A model generated the notes under the pieces. That model was not told the origin of the DNA. It ran no database searches and saw only the letters and a list, made by a program, of their open reading frames with translations. From Lama guanicoe (taxonomy: Eukaryota), in NCBI GenBank assembly GCA_013239625.1, contig MU053482.1, positions 4,239,922-4,303,921 of the forward strand: a stretch of 64,000 bases of DNA, written 5' to 3'. Below, one piece after another: positions 11,650-24,609 of the stretch (positions are counted from its first letter, which is position 1; each line of letters begins with the position of its first letter). The position numbers were made by a program, and so were the translations under genes.

Positions 11650-12170
11650 GCAAGTAGCCTAACCTCGGGCAGCCTCAGTTTTCCCATCTGTAAGAAGGGT
11701 TGATGTCAGCCACCTTAACCAATTGTTAGGAAACTGAGGGATAATGTTGGAAGTTTCTAGAGCAGTCCCTAGCACACCATGGTTCTCAGCACGTGGTTGT
11801 TGGTTACAAAGTGGAAATGAAGCTGTCTACATCTCAAGAGTTTTCTGAAAGAGAGCACATGAGGAACACCCAGCCCTGGGCCTCCCACTTGGTAACCTCA
11901 AGGTGAGTAAGAGTTTCCTCCCTTTTCTTCTGTAACTTGCTCTCATCCCAGCATGTGGCAGCCAACCAGAGGTCAGATCATAATGGTTCCAACTGCCTAG
12001 GTTCAGATCCCAGGGGAGGCAAGTTACTTACCCAGTCCGTGCCTCTGTTTTCTCATCTATAGAATGTGGTTAACAAAACAGCTCAGAGGGCTGCTGTGAG
12101 GATTTCATGAGGCCATGTATATAATAACTAGACACAGTACCTGGTACACAGTACATGCTTAATAAAGGCT
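11650..12170 (+). mobile_element. Two MIR SINEs (~11650-11800 and ~11985-12170)
   Basis: 'gcctcagttttcccatctgtaag' and 'ggcaagttacttacc...gtgcctctgttttctcatctatagaatg...gctgtgaggatt'. Confidence 0.75.
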
Positions 12171-12171
12171 T

Positions 12172-12963
12172 ACAGTGAGTGTGGCTTTTCCCACACCACC
12201 AAACAATTATCCAATCTAGCTGGGTCTTTCACAATTCAACTCAATCGTGACACTATCTACCTAGAGATAGCATCAGATCCCACAGATGAAGGGCTCAGTC
12301 CTACCAGACTACTCTACCTCCATCCCAATTAAGATGCCAATCTCAAGTCCACGTTGTCACCTGGGCTTCCAACTGACTAGCTACAGATTGGAGGTTCTAA
12401 TGACCACTTCTTTGGGTCTGATTAATTTGCTAGAGCTAGGGCGGCTCACAGAATTCAGAGAAACATTTATTCACCAGATTATCGGTTTATTACAAAAGGA
12501 TATAACTCAGGAACAGCCAGATGGAAGAGATGCTCCAGGCAAGGTGTGGGGAAAGGGCACGGAGCCTCCACGCTCTGTAAGTGCACCCCTCTCCCTGAAT
12601 CTCCACCTGTTCACCACCTGGACGTTCTCTAAACCCTGTCCTTGGGGGGTTTTATGGAGGCTTCATTACATAGGCACGCTTGATTAAATCATTGGCCATT
12701 GGTAATTAAACCCAAACTCCAGCCCCCCTCCTCCCTTCCCTGGAGGTCCGGGTGAGACTGAAATTTACAACCCTCTAATTACAGGGCTGGCTCTACTGGT
12801 GACCAGCCCACATCCTTAGGTGGCCTAGGGGCTTTCCAAAAGCCACTTCTTTAACATAACAAAAGACACTCCACACTTTGGAAATTCCAAGGGTTTTAGG
12901 AGTTCTTTGCCGGGAACAGGGATGAAGACCAAATACATATGTCTTATAAATCACAATATCATA
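12172..12963 (-). mobile_element. MER21-family LTR
   Basis: 'acactatctacctagagatagcatcagatcccacag', 'gattaaatcattggccattgg', 'ggaaattccaagggttttaggag', ending 'aaatcacaatatcata'. Confidence 0.85.
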
Positions 12964-13973
12964 ATGTTAAATTCTATCACTGTCATTATCATCATCATGA
13001 TTATCACCAGGAATAAGAGGAGGAGAAAAGGAATAAAATCCTCAGAGTAGAAGCCAAACACAGGAAGATGATATTCAACTTTCCAGCGGAAAACATAACT
13101 ATGTTAAGGGGCAACATAAACAAGCCAGTCACTTGAATCTAGGAACCGGGTTCCTAGATTCCCCAGCTCCTCCAGTCTAGGATCCCACATGACCAGAGAG
13201 TCTGTTTTCCCCAGTCTGTACTGGTCACTGGCCATGTTGTCTGAAGACAGCTGACTCCAAGGGGCCATGCCCAGGGAGGGCCTCCAGGTCCAAGATGATC
13301 GAGACCATCTTTGTGCCCTGCAAAGCTCAGGTCAAACTCACCAATTCCCCCACAGCACTAACCACCACTAGGTGGTGACTTGGCCACATGGAGACATCAT
13401 GCAGGTGAGCTGGATACAGAGTCAGTTTCCTTTCTTCCCTCTGGCATCTGACCCCCAGTAATGGCAACAGTTAACTCCCAACAGTGCCCAGACCCAAGGG
13501 ATTTAATGGCTCTAATTATCAAAGAGATTAAAACTTAGAGAGACAGAGGCAGAAAAAAAAATCAAGAGAAAAGGAGCAACAGCCAAAAGAAGGGCCAAGC
13601 ATTGCTGAAACTTGGCAACTCCACCACCTTTGTTCTCATCTCACGCTTCTCTACAAAAAGACTTCATGAGAACCATAGACAGGATCTCAAAGTGAGTGAT
13701 CAGGAAAGTGTAGGTCTCTAGGAAGAAAAACCACAGTGCAAGAATCTAGACGAGTGGAAATCTGGACAGATGGTATTCACGATCAAGAACTTGCAAGAGG
13801 TTGGCCCCCCAGGAGTCCCTGACATCATCATCACTCCGGCCTCATGTGACTTTAGGCACACGTCTAAACCTCTCCAAGGGTTCATTTCATCTCGTGTGAA
13901 ACAATGACAGAAACACCCGCCTCATGACTGTTGAGGCTTAAAAGAGTTCATAGAGGCCAAGTACCTAGGTCGG

Positions 13974-14170
13974 TGGCAACGTCTGGAGACATTTCTGGTT
14001 GTAACACATGGCAGAAGTGGCAAGGGGCACACTACTGGCAGCAGTGGGTAGAAACCAGAAGCCAGGGATGCTGATTAACACTGGTAGTCATCCCACAGTG
14101 AACAGGACAGCCCCCACGACAAAGAATGATCCAATCCAAAGTGTCAGTCGTGTCGAGGTTGAGAAATTTT
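13974..14170 (+). mobile_element. MER20 (hAT-Charlie)
   Basis: 'tggcaacgtctggagacatttctggttg...gccagggatgctg...caggacagcccccacgacaaagaat...gaggttgagaaa'. Confidence 0.85.
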
Positions 14171-15388
14171 CAAAGCCCAGCACAGAAAGAGGACTGGCAG
14201 TGAAAAGTTCTCACCCCCATCCTCGTGCCACCCGAACCCCGCCCCTCTCCTGGACAGTGCGTTTCATCAGGTGAGGACCGGCGATCTCCTTTTCTTACAT
14301 TTTCCCTTCAAATGCAGAAGGTAAAGCACCAAGCACATCATCTGGCTTCCCCTATATCTGGCAGTTCCTTTCCTCTGTGCTCTTCCCACGGAGCTAGACC
14401 GATCTGGCAGCCAGGCACTAGCAGGGATTTACAAGACAGACTTGTTAGCTGACTGTCACAGAGGCCTCTATGTGACACCACCCTCAGCCTGGAAACTGGA
14501 CGGAGGAGCAGCTCTGAGGAGGCTGAGCTCACAGCCCAAGGCTGGGCCTGGGTAGCATCTCTGGAAGGACCCCTCTCCTATCCCCACCCACAAAGACCAG
14601 AAAATGACCATCCAGCTTCTCCCAGACTTGACAACAATCCCATATTCAGAAGGTAGAAGTCAGAATTCATTCCTTCACTCAGTTGTTCAGCAAACATTGG
14701 TCTTGTTCATATTCCGATGCACACAGCTCTCTAACAGTCCACATTCAAAAAAAATTCAGTGTTGTTATATTTCCAGCTCTGTAACTGTTTAACCAAGTTA
14801 TCGATGGAAATGAATAACTAACAGAGGGAAAGAGAGGGTTAAATCTCACAGAGTCTTGGATTTGCCCAGCCTCAGTTTTTAAATGGTGAAAACTCACTTG
14901 ATAAAGTGGTTAAAAACTAATATTATTCTATTATTGATTCTCTCAATTCATTGAGTTTTTGAAGCACAGTATTTTTGAAACTGTAACTCTTTCATGAACA
15001 AACTATTCCAAGACACAATCTGCCTGTGTTACATAACCATGTGTCTTCCAGAGATGGCCCAAAGCAAAGCCACTTATCCCTCATTCCTAAATTCAATAGG
15101 ACCTGTTTTTCTGTAGCCTGAGTGTGTGAAAGGACACAGAGGAAAGCGCCTTGAGAAACAGAAGTCCTGGTACAAATGTTGGCCCCTATGATCCGTATTA
15201 GCCATCACAATTTCCAAATTCCTACGGGGTGGGACAAGTGAGGTTTTGCTTTGTGTTTCTGGATCCTTGACTCCAAGTTGCTAAGATGACTGTTTTTTGT
15301 TTTTGGGGGGTTTTTTGTTTGTTTTTTATCCCCTCACAAACTGACTCTCCATTCCCGGCAGAAGAGAAGCAAATGCAGCCCAGGAGCT

Positions 15389-15445
15389 CCCAAGGTCTTG
15401 CTCCCATGCCCAAGGCCTCGCTCCCATGCCCAAGGCCTCGCTCCC
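15389..15445 (+). repeat. 20-bp tandem duplication (CTCCCATGCCCAAGGCCTCG x2 plus partial copies)
   Basis: Identical units at 15401-15420 and 15421-15440. Confidence 0.95.
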
Positions 15446-17142
15446 CGCAAGCACTGTAGATCCTTGCCAGGACTTCTGTAGGAGCCTTGAACCAGGAGGC
15501 TGTCAGCTGGAAGGAGCCAAGAGAAGACTTGCATGTTGCCAAATGCCTGTCTGGCCCAAAGCAGGAAGTCTGCAAGAACACACCTACAGCTCTAAGTGTA
15601 GGGCCTGTCTGAGGATAAAGCACCCTCCACTCAGCTCAGCTCAGCACCTCATAAAGCCAGGCTCAGACTGTGTAAATAAGATTGTCTCTCTAAGGAGAGG
15701 TGAGGCTTGCAGGATTTATGTGGTCTGAGGCCCTTGCAAACAAGCTTAAACCAACAGGACCTGACCCTCCTCCCTTCTGTGAACTGCCTGACTTAGCTCC
15801 AAAGGCTAGGGTAAAAGGCCCCTGTGTTTGCCAGGAGTGTCTCCAGGCCATTCAACTGGACAGGCAGGCAGGCAGGAGCATGTGTAGCTTTTGAGAGGCC
15901 TCGGTCCTTGAGCCCTTCTAGGGAAGGACTGCTCAGGAGCAGAGACAGGAGGCCTCTGACATGCTCTGCTGGCTTCTATGTAAAGGAAAACAGGTAGAGA
16001 GAGCCAGGAAGGGAACAGAAAGGAAAGTCCTTGACAGGAACGGCTGGAGCAGAGAAACCAGACGTGGGCTGCTGTCAGCGGCATGGCTGGTCCCCTGCAT
16101 AATTCATCCGTTATGGTTCTGTTTATGTGTCTGCTTTTAAGGTTAATCATTTGTTAGTTTGATGGAGGCCTCCTCTTCTGATCGCTTCTGTTAGCACAGG
16201 AACAGGATGCTTGGTATGAAATGCAAACATCCTCATTTGGCAGACACTAAATTATCCTTCCAGCTGCAGATAAGTTGTGACATTTGTAATAAGTTGCCAG
16301 TCATGAGGGGCGCAGTGTATCCTCAGAGAAATTCACGGCTGAAGTTTTCACCAGCTCCAGTCCTTAACTCTCTCAGAAAGAGAGAGGAAGTATACTTGCT
16401 GGCCCAAGGAGGAAGACATCTGAGATGGACCCTTTGGGCTTTGATCTAACCCATAAGCCCTCACTGGCCCAAACTCATCCCCACTAAAATGTCTGTAATG
16501 CACAGGCCAGGCAAACACCTATGGGAGACGAGGACTTCCTGGCCCCCAGCCTTACTTTGGTCCCTAGAGCAGAGGAAAGCAGGTTGCTCTTTCCAACAGC
16601 CACCCCTGAGGAAGTGGACAGATTGTAGAACTGCAGAATGCCAGGTCTGGGACCAGGCATTGGAGATACTGAAGGTAACATGCTGTAGGAGGAAGAGTGA
16701 GGCTTTGTGGGAGAAGGAGCCTTATTTGGAAAGCCAGCTTTGTCCCACTCGTAAGCTGAGTGCCCTTGGATAAGTTAACTCACCTCTCTGAGGCTCAGCT
16801 TCTTTCAGGTTACGTGGAGCTGCTAGGAAGCAGCCTAGGAAGGACATACGTGAAGGACCCTGATGAAGAAGAGCTATTGCTCTCCTTAGTGCCGGAGGAA
16901 ATCCAATTCTGCTGCAGTTTCGGGTCAAACCTACTTGAAGGCTTGCAGTGATGCTACGGGCTGCAGGCATCATCTGCCCCATCCTTTCACAAAGACAGGA
17001 CGTTGGCCTGCCCAGACCAGGCCCAGTGCCAGGTACCCTGGGTTTGACAGCCAATAAAATGAAGCCCCTGGTTCCCTCCCAATGCAAAGCTGAGCTCATC
17101 TGTGGCTGATTTTGACAGTTAGAAAGAAAGAAATTTTTCTGA

Positions 17143-17210
17143 ATTTTTGAATTGAAATATAGTTGATTTACAATATTGTGTTAGGTTCAGGTGCACAGCA
17201 AAGTGATCCA
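17143..17210 (-). mobile_element. Short L1 3'-end fragment
   Basis: 'aattgaaatatagttgatttacaatattgtgttagg...gcacagcaaagtgat'. Confidence 0.75.
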
Positions 17211-17999
17211 GGATTGCCTAATTTTGAGTCAGAACGATTACAGTACATTCCCATAGGAGGGGAGGATTATGAGAAACTGCACTACCTTTTACAACGGTTC
17301 CAGCTTTATTTCCAGGCATCATCTTTTTTCTTCTTTCTGTTGATGTGTAACGTACATACAGAAAAGAGCACCTAACACAAGAGGACAGCCTGATGAAGCC
17401 AAGTGCCCCATGAGACTACCACCCCGAGCAGGGTTATCACCAGCACCCCAGACCCCCAGCATGACCACAAGGTGGAATTCTAGCAGTTACACATTCATTC
17501 TGCCTGTTTCACCATTTTGATTTTATCTTTTAAAAACTTGTTTGTACTAGGTTCTTTCTTTCCTGGACTATTTCCACATAGGTTGGACACATAAAAACAA
17601 ATGAAAAGATTTCCTTTTATATCATGAAGGTTTACCTTTACCCACAGTTTTCCTTTCCATTGGGCCCCTGAGGGCTGGGGCGTGTGTGCCGCCCAGAGTA
17701 GGTGTGCAGTCTGTGCTGAGTAAATGAATGATAACATCAGTTCCCTCCACAGTCAACACACCTGAGCAAAGAGAGCGTCAGCGCCCACAGGTGCAGGGCA
17801 GGGTGTGCGCTGATGGGCTCTTAGAAGGAACTATAGAGCAGAAGCCTCATTTCTAGGTCATTCTGCCCATCGGGACTGGACAGCCCTGGGCCCAATCCTG
17901 ATTCACTGATGTTTTGTCGAGTACCAAGCATTTTTGTGCTGCGTTTAAATGTGTTCACATTTCTTTATTAAAAAGAAAAAATACTGACCACAAACAAAT

Positions 18000-18340
18000 C
18001 AGGTCATCAAACATTTAATCAATATCTACACTATGCTAGGTAAGAGGGACAATTTACTGAGTGTCAATTATGTGCCGGGCATTCGCTCAGCTCTGATGAC
18101 TCAGATGAATCAGACACCCCTGCCACCCATAAGTAGCTTCCGGGTTAAAGGAAGATAAAAGCACATAAACAAATGCAATACTAAAGTGTTGCAACTGCCA
18201 TATCCAGGTATGCACCAAGCATCATGGCACATAGGAAAAGGAGCAAAGTTTACAGGAAATGCTACTTTGAGGAGGTGCCATTTGAAGAGACTTTGAAGAA
18301 TGAATGGTGTTCACTAGATCCACACAGGGAAGGGACACCA
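18000..18340 (-). mobile_element. L2 fragment(s)
   Basis: 'atttactgagtgtcaattatgtgccgggca', 'ggaggtgccatttgaagagactttgaagaatgaat'. Confidence 0.6.
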
Positions 18341-19380
18341 CAAGTTGAGTAACAGTAGGGCTGAGATTTGGTAGTAAGCAACTCTGTGGGCACCCTGGTT
18401 GTTTACAGTGTCTGCTGGGATAAGTCTTGGGCTGATTGTGACATAACATGAATATCAACTCAGTACACACAGGAAGACTAGAAAGGTCAGACCATGCTGA
18501 GAGAATGGTGGTGAGTCACTAGCTCTTTGAATATCTACTCTCTGCTAATGGTGGCATTGGGGTGTCATGCATGCCGATACTGACCACTCCTATGCCCACA
18601 TCAGACATTAGTAATCAATCACAGCACTCCTACTTGATTCACCCAGAAACAACCTCACAACCCTGCTCTGCAAAGAGCCCTAGGCAACACCACAAATAAC
18701 AGTAGTTGGCATCATCCTAGGTCACACATTATGGCTTCCACTGCCTCACCACCTCCTCCCTCATAAATGCCATAGTCTGGCTTCAGTCCCTGACATTCCA
18801 CTGAAGCTGTTCTATCAAAAATTTCCCTTAACTTCTTCCTCACCAAATCCAGAAGTCCTCCTTCTGATTTAATACCACTTGAAATCCTTCCTTCCTCCAC
18901 TGTGAATCCAGTGTACCGCTCTCTCTGCTTCATCTAACATCTTCAAGTTCTGTCTACACTTCCCTCTCACTGTTTCAGATCTGGCCTTTCTCCACGGTAA
19001 GCACCCGAGCCCAGGCTTTACTGATATAACCTCGGAGTCTGAGAAGTTGGCTATCCATCCTCACATACCCCAAAAGGGAGTCATCCTCCCACTATGGCTT
19101 CCTTATCAGTGCAGGCTGGCAGCATTTAAGGCCTGGCTCAGCTTTTGGGGACAAAACTATGGATTCCTGAGGCCTCCTCCAGCCACCCTGCAGCAACTTG
19201 TAATGCCCAGAACCATCTGGCTGATTTAGTCCTTGGGAGCCTCTCTGATGAAAGATCTGGCTGAGCAAGAGGGTACAAATTGCCAGGTGAAATAGAGTTT
19301 AGAGTTTATCTATTGATTGCAAATGATCTATGTTCCCATAGTTCCAGCTCACAGCACTTCTCACAAGTGACTATAAAAAA

Positions 19381-19383
<3 letters not shown>

Positions 19384-19415
<32 letters not shown>
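19384..19415 (+). repeat. (AC)16 microsatellite
   Basis: Read directly from the sequence. Confidence 0.95.
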
Positions 19416-19416
<1 letters not shown>

Positions 19417-21227
19417 ATGAAATCCCACAGGGATTTGCTACAGACCCCTGGATCTAAGCCATCCATGCATTTTGCAAAAGAAAAGCCATCACAAAATATC
19501 TAATAGGGGTTCAATGTACATGTGAGTTTTTTCCTGCGGTGGGATGATTTCAGACCCAGGATGGTCAGGCATTGATGTCAAACCCTCTGTCTAAACCCTA
19601 TCCCATGACTAATTATTTCCCCAAATAGCTACAAGGAGGCCCTGGAAAAGCAATGACGATTATCATCCAACCAGAGACTCGGGCATTGGGAGTAGGAGGT
19701 GACTCTCCAGAGAGCTTACACTGAAGGGTACTCCTATCCCAGCCTCAGGCTTTCTGGAGGAGGGCTGACGACATTTCAGCGGGCGCTATGGATTCCTGTT
19801 TGTTTGGTTTTTTTTCCTGGTAGAAAGTGGGGCATTTGTCTTAGATGAATTAAAAATGAACTAGGCAAAAAAACTGTGTTGTTAGAAAAGTGAAGGCATG
19901 TAAAGAAATTCTCCAGACCATGCTGCTTCCAGGTACCAAGTGGACAAAACTTCTAGTCAATGGGCAAGAAAATGCTCAGGAGACCCGCGGCCAGCCAGGC
20001 TGGTATGCTGCAGGTATGCCCTGGGGTCCTTGGAGACGTCTAGCTACTCAGAATGGTGAAGAGCTGGTTACATAAAATGGCCTGCTGGTCCCCTCTCAGG
20101 TGGTCAGAATCCTACATTCCTTCCCAGACCACACTTGTGCTTCTATACCTTCCTCACTAGCTGCCCCAGATAAGGAAAAGCACAGGACAAAACCCTCCAG
20201 GGATGCCTCCCATGGGAAGTGCATCTGTGAGGGAGCCTCTCCCTGCCAGAGGCTGTGCCCCACATGCTGGGAACCTGAAAATGTGGACGGAGGCAAAAGT
20301 GACCTGGGACTCAGAGCTGGCTGCCTTGGCTTTGTTGGTCATGACCATCTTATATACACTAGTGTTGGACACACAATGAGTAGATAAATGAATTGCTCCA
20401 TTATAGAGAATTTCTCCTTCTTTAAGTCACTCACTCATTCAGAACAAAAGAAATTCTTGAAATAAACATTCATTATACACTTACTTTATACCAGGAACAC
20501 CCAAGTCTCATAAAAACACACCAAAGATGCATTTCTCCCATCTTAAAAATGAGAAGACTGAACCTCAGAGAAAAACCCTGACCTGAGTCAGTCTCCCAGC
20601 CTCCAGCTCCAATGCACTTTCCTTTTCATTTTTCTCCTCTATCTTTTCCTCTTCTTCTTCCTCCTCCTTCTCTTCCTTTGCTTCAGCTCCTTTTCCCTCA
20701 CCCTTACTTTTTACTTTCTTATATTTACACAAGCTTTATATGTACAAAGATTAAAGGGTCAACTGCTTCTACAGACCTTATAAAAAGTATCCTGCCCCAC
20801 TCTCACCCTGACTCCTAATATTTCCCACTGTCCTGAGGCAATTGTTTTTAATCCTTCTGGCTTTTTCTCTTGGTATTTACTCCCTATCTCTATACAACAC
20901 ACTTATATTACTTCTTCCTAATTTTTTTTAGGTTTAAGCATTATCTATTGACTTTCCCTAGTAGAAGATAAAGGTTTAACTCTCACATACCATGCCTCCC
21001 CTCCCCATCCATCTTCAGCGGTGTGTTTCTGAAAATGACTTTATTCCACACCCACACTTAATAATTTAGGTGGGTATAGAATTCCAGGTTGGACACCATT
21101 TCCCCTCAAAATGTTGAAGGCATTGTTCTATATTCTTCTAGAAGTAATCTGAGGCCATTATTATTCTTCCTCCCCTGTCTTTTCCATAAGAGAACTCACA
21201 GGGGCTTCACTTTGCACACAGTGTTCT

Positions 21228-21482
21228 TCTTTTAAATTTTCTCTTCTAGTTTTTATTTTTTAGTTTTAATTGAAGTATGGCTGGTTTACAATGTTGTGTT
21301 AATTTCTGGTGTACAGCATCGTAATTCAGTTTTTATATAAATATATATATATTTCATTATAGGCTATTAGAGGTATTGAATATAGTTCCCTGTGCTATAC
21401 AGTAGAACCTTGTTGTTTGTCTGTTTTATGTATAGTAGTTAGTATCTGCAAATCCCAAACTCCCAATTTATCCCTCCATGCC
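21228..21482 (-). mobile_element. 5'-truncated L1 3' end with TSD
   Basis: T-rich tail then 'aattgaagtatggctggtttacaatgttgtgtt...tgaatatagttccctgtgctatacag...ctcccaatttatccc'; TSD cacagtgttct (21217-21227) / cacagtggtct (21483-21493). Confidence 0.85.
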
Positions 21483-21582
21483 CACAGTGGTCTGAAAATT
21501 CACCTTTACATGTCTTGTTATGAGTTTATGTTCATCCATTATGAGAAGCAGTTAGTGAGCCCTTTCAATCCTGAATGTGCCT

Positions 21583-21761
21583 GGGTGGAGGGTATAGCTC
21601 AAGTAGTAGAGCACATACTTAGCATACACGAGGTCCTGGGTTCAATCCTCAGTACCTTCTCTAAAAATAAATAAATAGACTTAATTACCTACCCCCCCCA
21701 AAATAAAAAGTATTATATTAAAAAAATAAGAATAGAAATAAGGAAAAAACTGAATTTAAAA
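21583..21761 (+). mobile_element. tRNA-derived SINE, camelid Vic-1 type
   Basis: A box 'tagctcaagtagtag', B box 'ggttcaatcc', A-rich tail, and a perfect 16-bp TSD AATCCTGAATGTGCCT (21567-21582, 21762-21777). Confidence 0.9.
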
Positions 21762-23489
21762 AATCCTGAATGTGCCTCAGTTATGAAATTTTTTTCTTGA
21801 GTTATTTCTTTGATGACTTCTCCTTTCTTGTTCATTCCATCTTTCTATCTGGAACACCTATAATTTGGCTGTTGGACCTCCAGGACTGATGTTCTACCCT
21901 TCTTTTCTCTCCTACTTTTCAACTCTTTTTCTTTCACCTTGTTCCCACTTTCCAAAAGACAACTTCAATTTTAGCTTCCAATATATCTACTGAGTGTTTC
22001 ATTTTTGCTAGCATGTTGGTAATTCCCAAGAGCTCAGACTGTGATCTTTCTTTGCTAAAAATATCTTTTTCCTGAACACAGTTTCTATTTGCAGCCCTCT
22101 GAAGATATTTAACAATTCTTAAAACTTCATTTCCCTGGATTGTCTGTTTCCTTTAGGTTGCCTTTTCTTATTTGTTTTATGTCTTGTAAGTATTATTTCT
22201 TGCCACTGGTTTTGATGTCTGGTGATCCTCAATCATCCCTTCTTATTTAAGGGTAGGGCACTAAAAGATTAATTGGAAACTCTGAGGAGGGGCGTACTTT
22301 GGGACTATGAGTTTTATAGTAGAGTAATCTGAGAGCATCACTTTTGGGGAAAACACACATTATTTCTATCTTAGGTTTTTTTTGAGAGGCTGATCGGGTC
22401 CCTCAGAGAAGACTCTTCTTATCACATGACTAGAGTGTAAAAATCCGGTTGTCCCTGTTCTCGGAACAAGTGAAGGACAATGGCTGGAGGAAGTCTCCAT
22501 ATTCAGCATAAGACAGGCTTTCACTTAATTCTGCTGTTTTCAGTATAGCACCCGACTCTGTGCTTCCTGTCTCTCAGCCCAAAACCCTGCTTCACTCTCC
22601 TCAGAGTAAATCGTCTGCCTCCTGTCAAAGTTGGTGGTGAGGAGCAGCATTTATTTACCTGACTCCATGGAGTCAAAGAGGAACTCAAGTGTCTACTACT
22701 TTTCAAATGGACTGTCAAGCTATCTTCCTATGTCCAGCCCTGATCACATCCACACTTTCAGCAGTAGATGCTAGTAATACAGGTGTGGAGGAAGCAAAGA
22801 TTATAAAAGTACTTCTAGAGTAGTGTCCATTGGGAAGAGGGTAGGAATGAGATCACCATAGGACTGATGGATGAAAGAATAGCAAAGGTGTGTTTGAGGG
22901 ACTTCAGGTTCAAAGCAGGGGTTCAGTGTTTGTAGCCTAGTGTGAGCTCTGGAGGACGAGAATATCTGTGAACCGGGAGAACAGATCTGGAGCTTGAAAT
23001 ACTGTATATGGATCAGAACCAAATGAAGAGGAACCTCTCCAAATACCTTCATCCCTTGGTTTCCAGGAAACCCATCTCCTCTCCTTGGCTCTCAGGTCAC
23101 ATGCAGACAGAACCCACGGAAGGATGGTTACGAATGGCCAGAGCTTTTAAAAAGGGGAAATGGCACAGAATACACAAAGCGCAAACCCAGCTGGTACTCA
23201 TGGCATGACTTTTGCTTTCCCCAAGCAAGCTGAGCCTCCAGGCTCCCTCTCCTTAATGCTTCCAGCTTCCACACCCTGACCCTCATCCCGGCTTATTACC
23301 TCCAAGTGTCAAGGAGATAACTACTTCAAGGACTGCCCCAAGATGTGTCCTCTATCTGCCAGGACTGCCTACACTTCCTTTAATGAGAGAAAAAAAAAGC
23401 CCTTCCCATCCCACTCAGAGATCAACAGTATAAATGCCAGTTTCCCTGGGAGGGCAAACACGCCGGGGTCACCAAAGTTGGAAAAGAGC

Positions 23490-23705
23490 CCAGGCTTTAT
23501 AGTCAGATAGGCAGGGTTTAAATCCTGGTCGTTTATTTGCCTCAAACTGGATGACTGTGGCAAGTTACTTAGCCTCTTTGAGCCTCGGTTTCTATACTTG
23601 TAAAATGTAAAGAAGCACATTCACTTCATTGGTTTTTTCTGAAGATTACACATACAACTGTAAAGTACCTAATGCAGTATCTGGCATGCAATGGAGAGTC
23701 AATAG
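23490..23705 (+). mobile_element. MIR SINE
   Basis: 'ggcaagttacttagcctctttgagcctcggtttctatacttgtaaaatg'. Confidence 0.8.
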
Positions 23706-24609
23706 CAGTAAAAGTAGCAGTAACTAGCAGCAGGAGTGATAACAAGTAATGATGGTGCTGTTGTGGACACACACACAAAAAACAAAAATGTAAAAAGCAC
23801 CTTCCTGATTCTACTAGTTTCTCTGCATGCTGGACCTTTGCCTCCATCTGCCCCAAGACACTGTGGACAAAAGAACTGCATGTCCTACATGGCAGCTACA
23901 CTCATCTCCTGGTGTTAACTAGGGGTGCAATGTAAATTACTGCAATTTCTCTAAAAGCAATCTTTGGTTTTAATTAAGCATCTTAATTGAATTTTAGTTC
24001 ACGGAATTGATAATTGATACTAATGTATTTTTTAGGTCCTGCAGTAGCAGACAGAGAATTTTAAAGTTGTTGATCAGCAACGCCTACTGGAAAAATGTGG
24101 CATGGCAGCCTAGTCCTACTAGACACTGTGAGAGGGGACAACAGCTAGGAATAATTTCCCAAAGGGTGTGAATCAATGGGAGGTGCTAGATTAGAGATCT
24201 CCAAGCACGACAGAACACATTATCTTAGCAAGAGTAAAGTGAAGGAACACTGAGAGAAGCTAAGCGTGTAATCAAGAAAATTTCCACAGAGCCTTGAAAC
24301 ACTCGTACGAACACCCTGGGATCCCACAGAACTGCGGTTCTTGGGAAACCTTTCCCTTAGCAAACATTTTCACCTCAATTATTCTCCATTTTTTGCGATG
24401 AGAATCAATAAGAAAATAGGATCAACTATAAAAATTCATTTTGCAAACACCTTACAACACACATCTCTTATTAAGCAAGGGAAAATATGTCCATTTGGTC
24501 CAGAGTAGCTTTACAACATGTAAAATTAACTTCATGCCAATTTGAGATCACACTTCTAAGAACATACATTGTCCATTATTGCTACACAAGGAATTGCTGT
24601 TGCTTTGTT

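Larger units (their letters stand above)
20700..22760 (-). mobile_element. Ancient L1M/HAL1-like LINE remnant hosting two younger insertions
   Basis: Long T-rich degenerate stretch with 'agaattccaggttgg...cctcaaaatgttgaaggcattg' and 'ctggaacacctata...gttggacctcc'. Confidence 0.55.

Noticed and set aside
16790..16951. Acceptor 'cttctttcag' followed by an acidic open frame (…DPDEEELLLSLV…)
   Set aside because: The acceptor derives from a MIR core, there is no clear donor and the peptide is unrecognised.
21583..21660. tRNA gene
   Set aside because: It has A and B boxes but also an A-rich tail and a 16-bp TSD, so it is a SINE.
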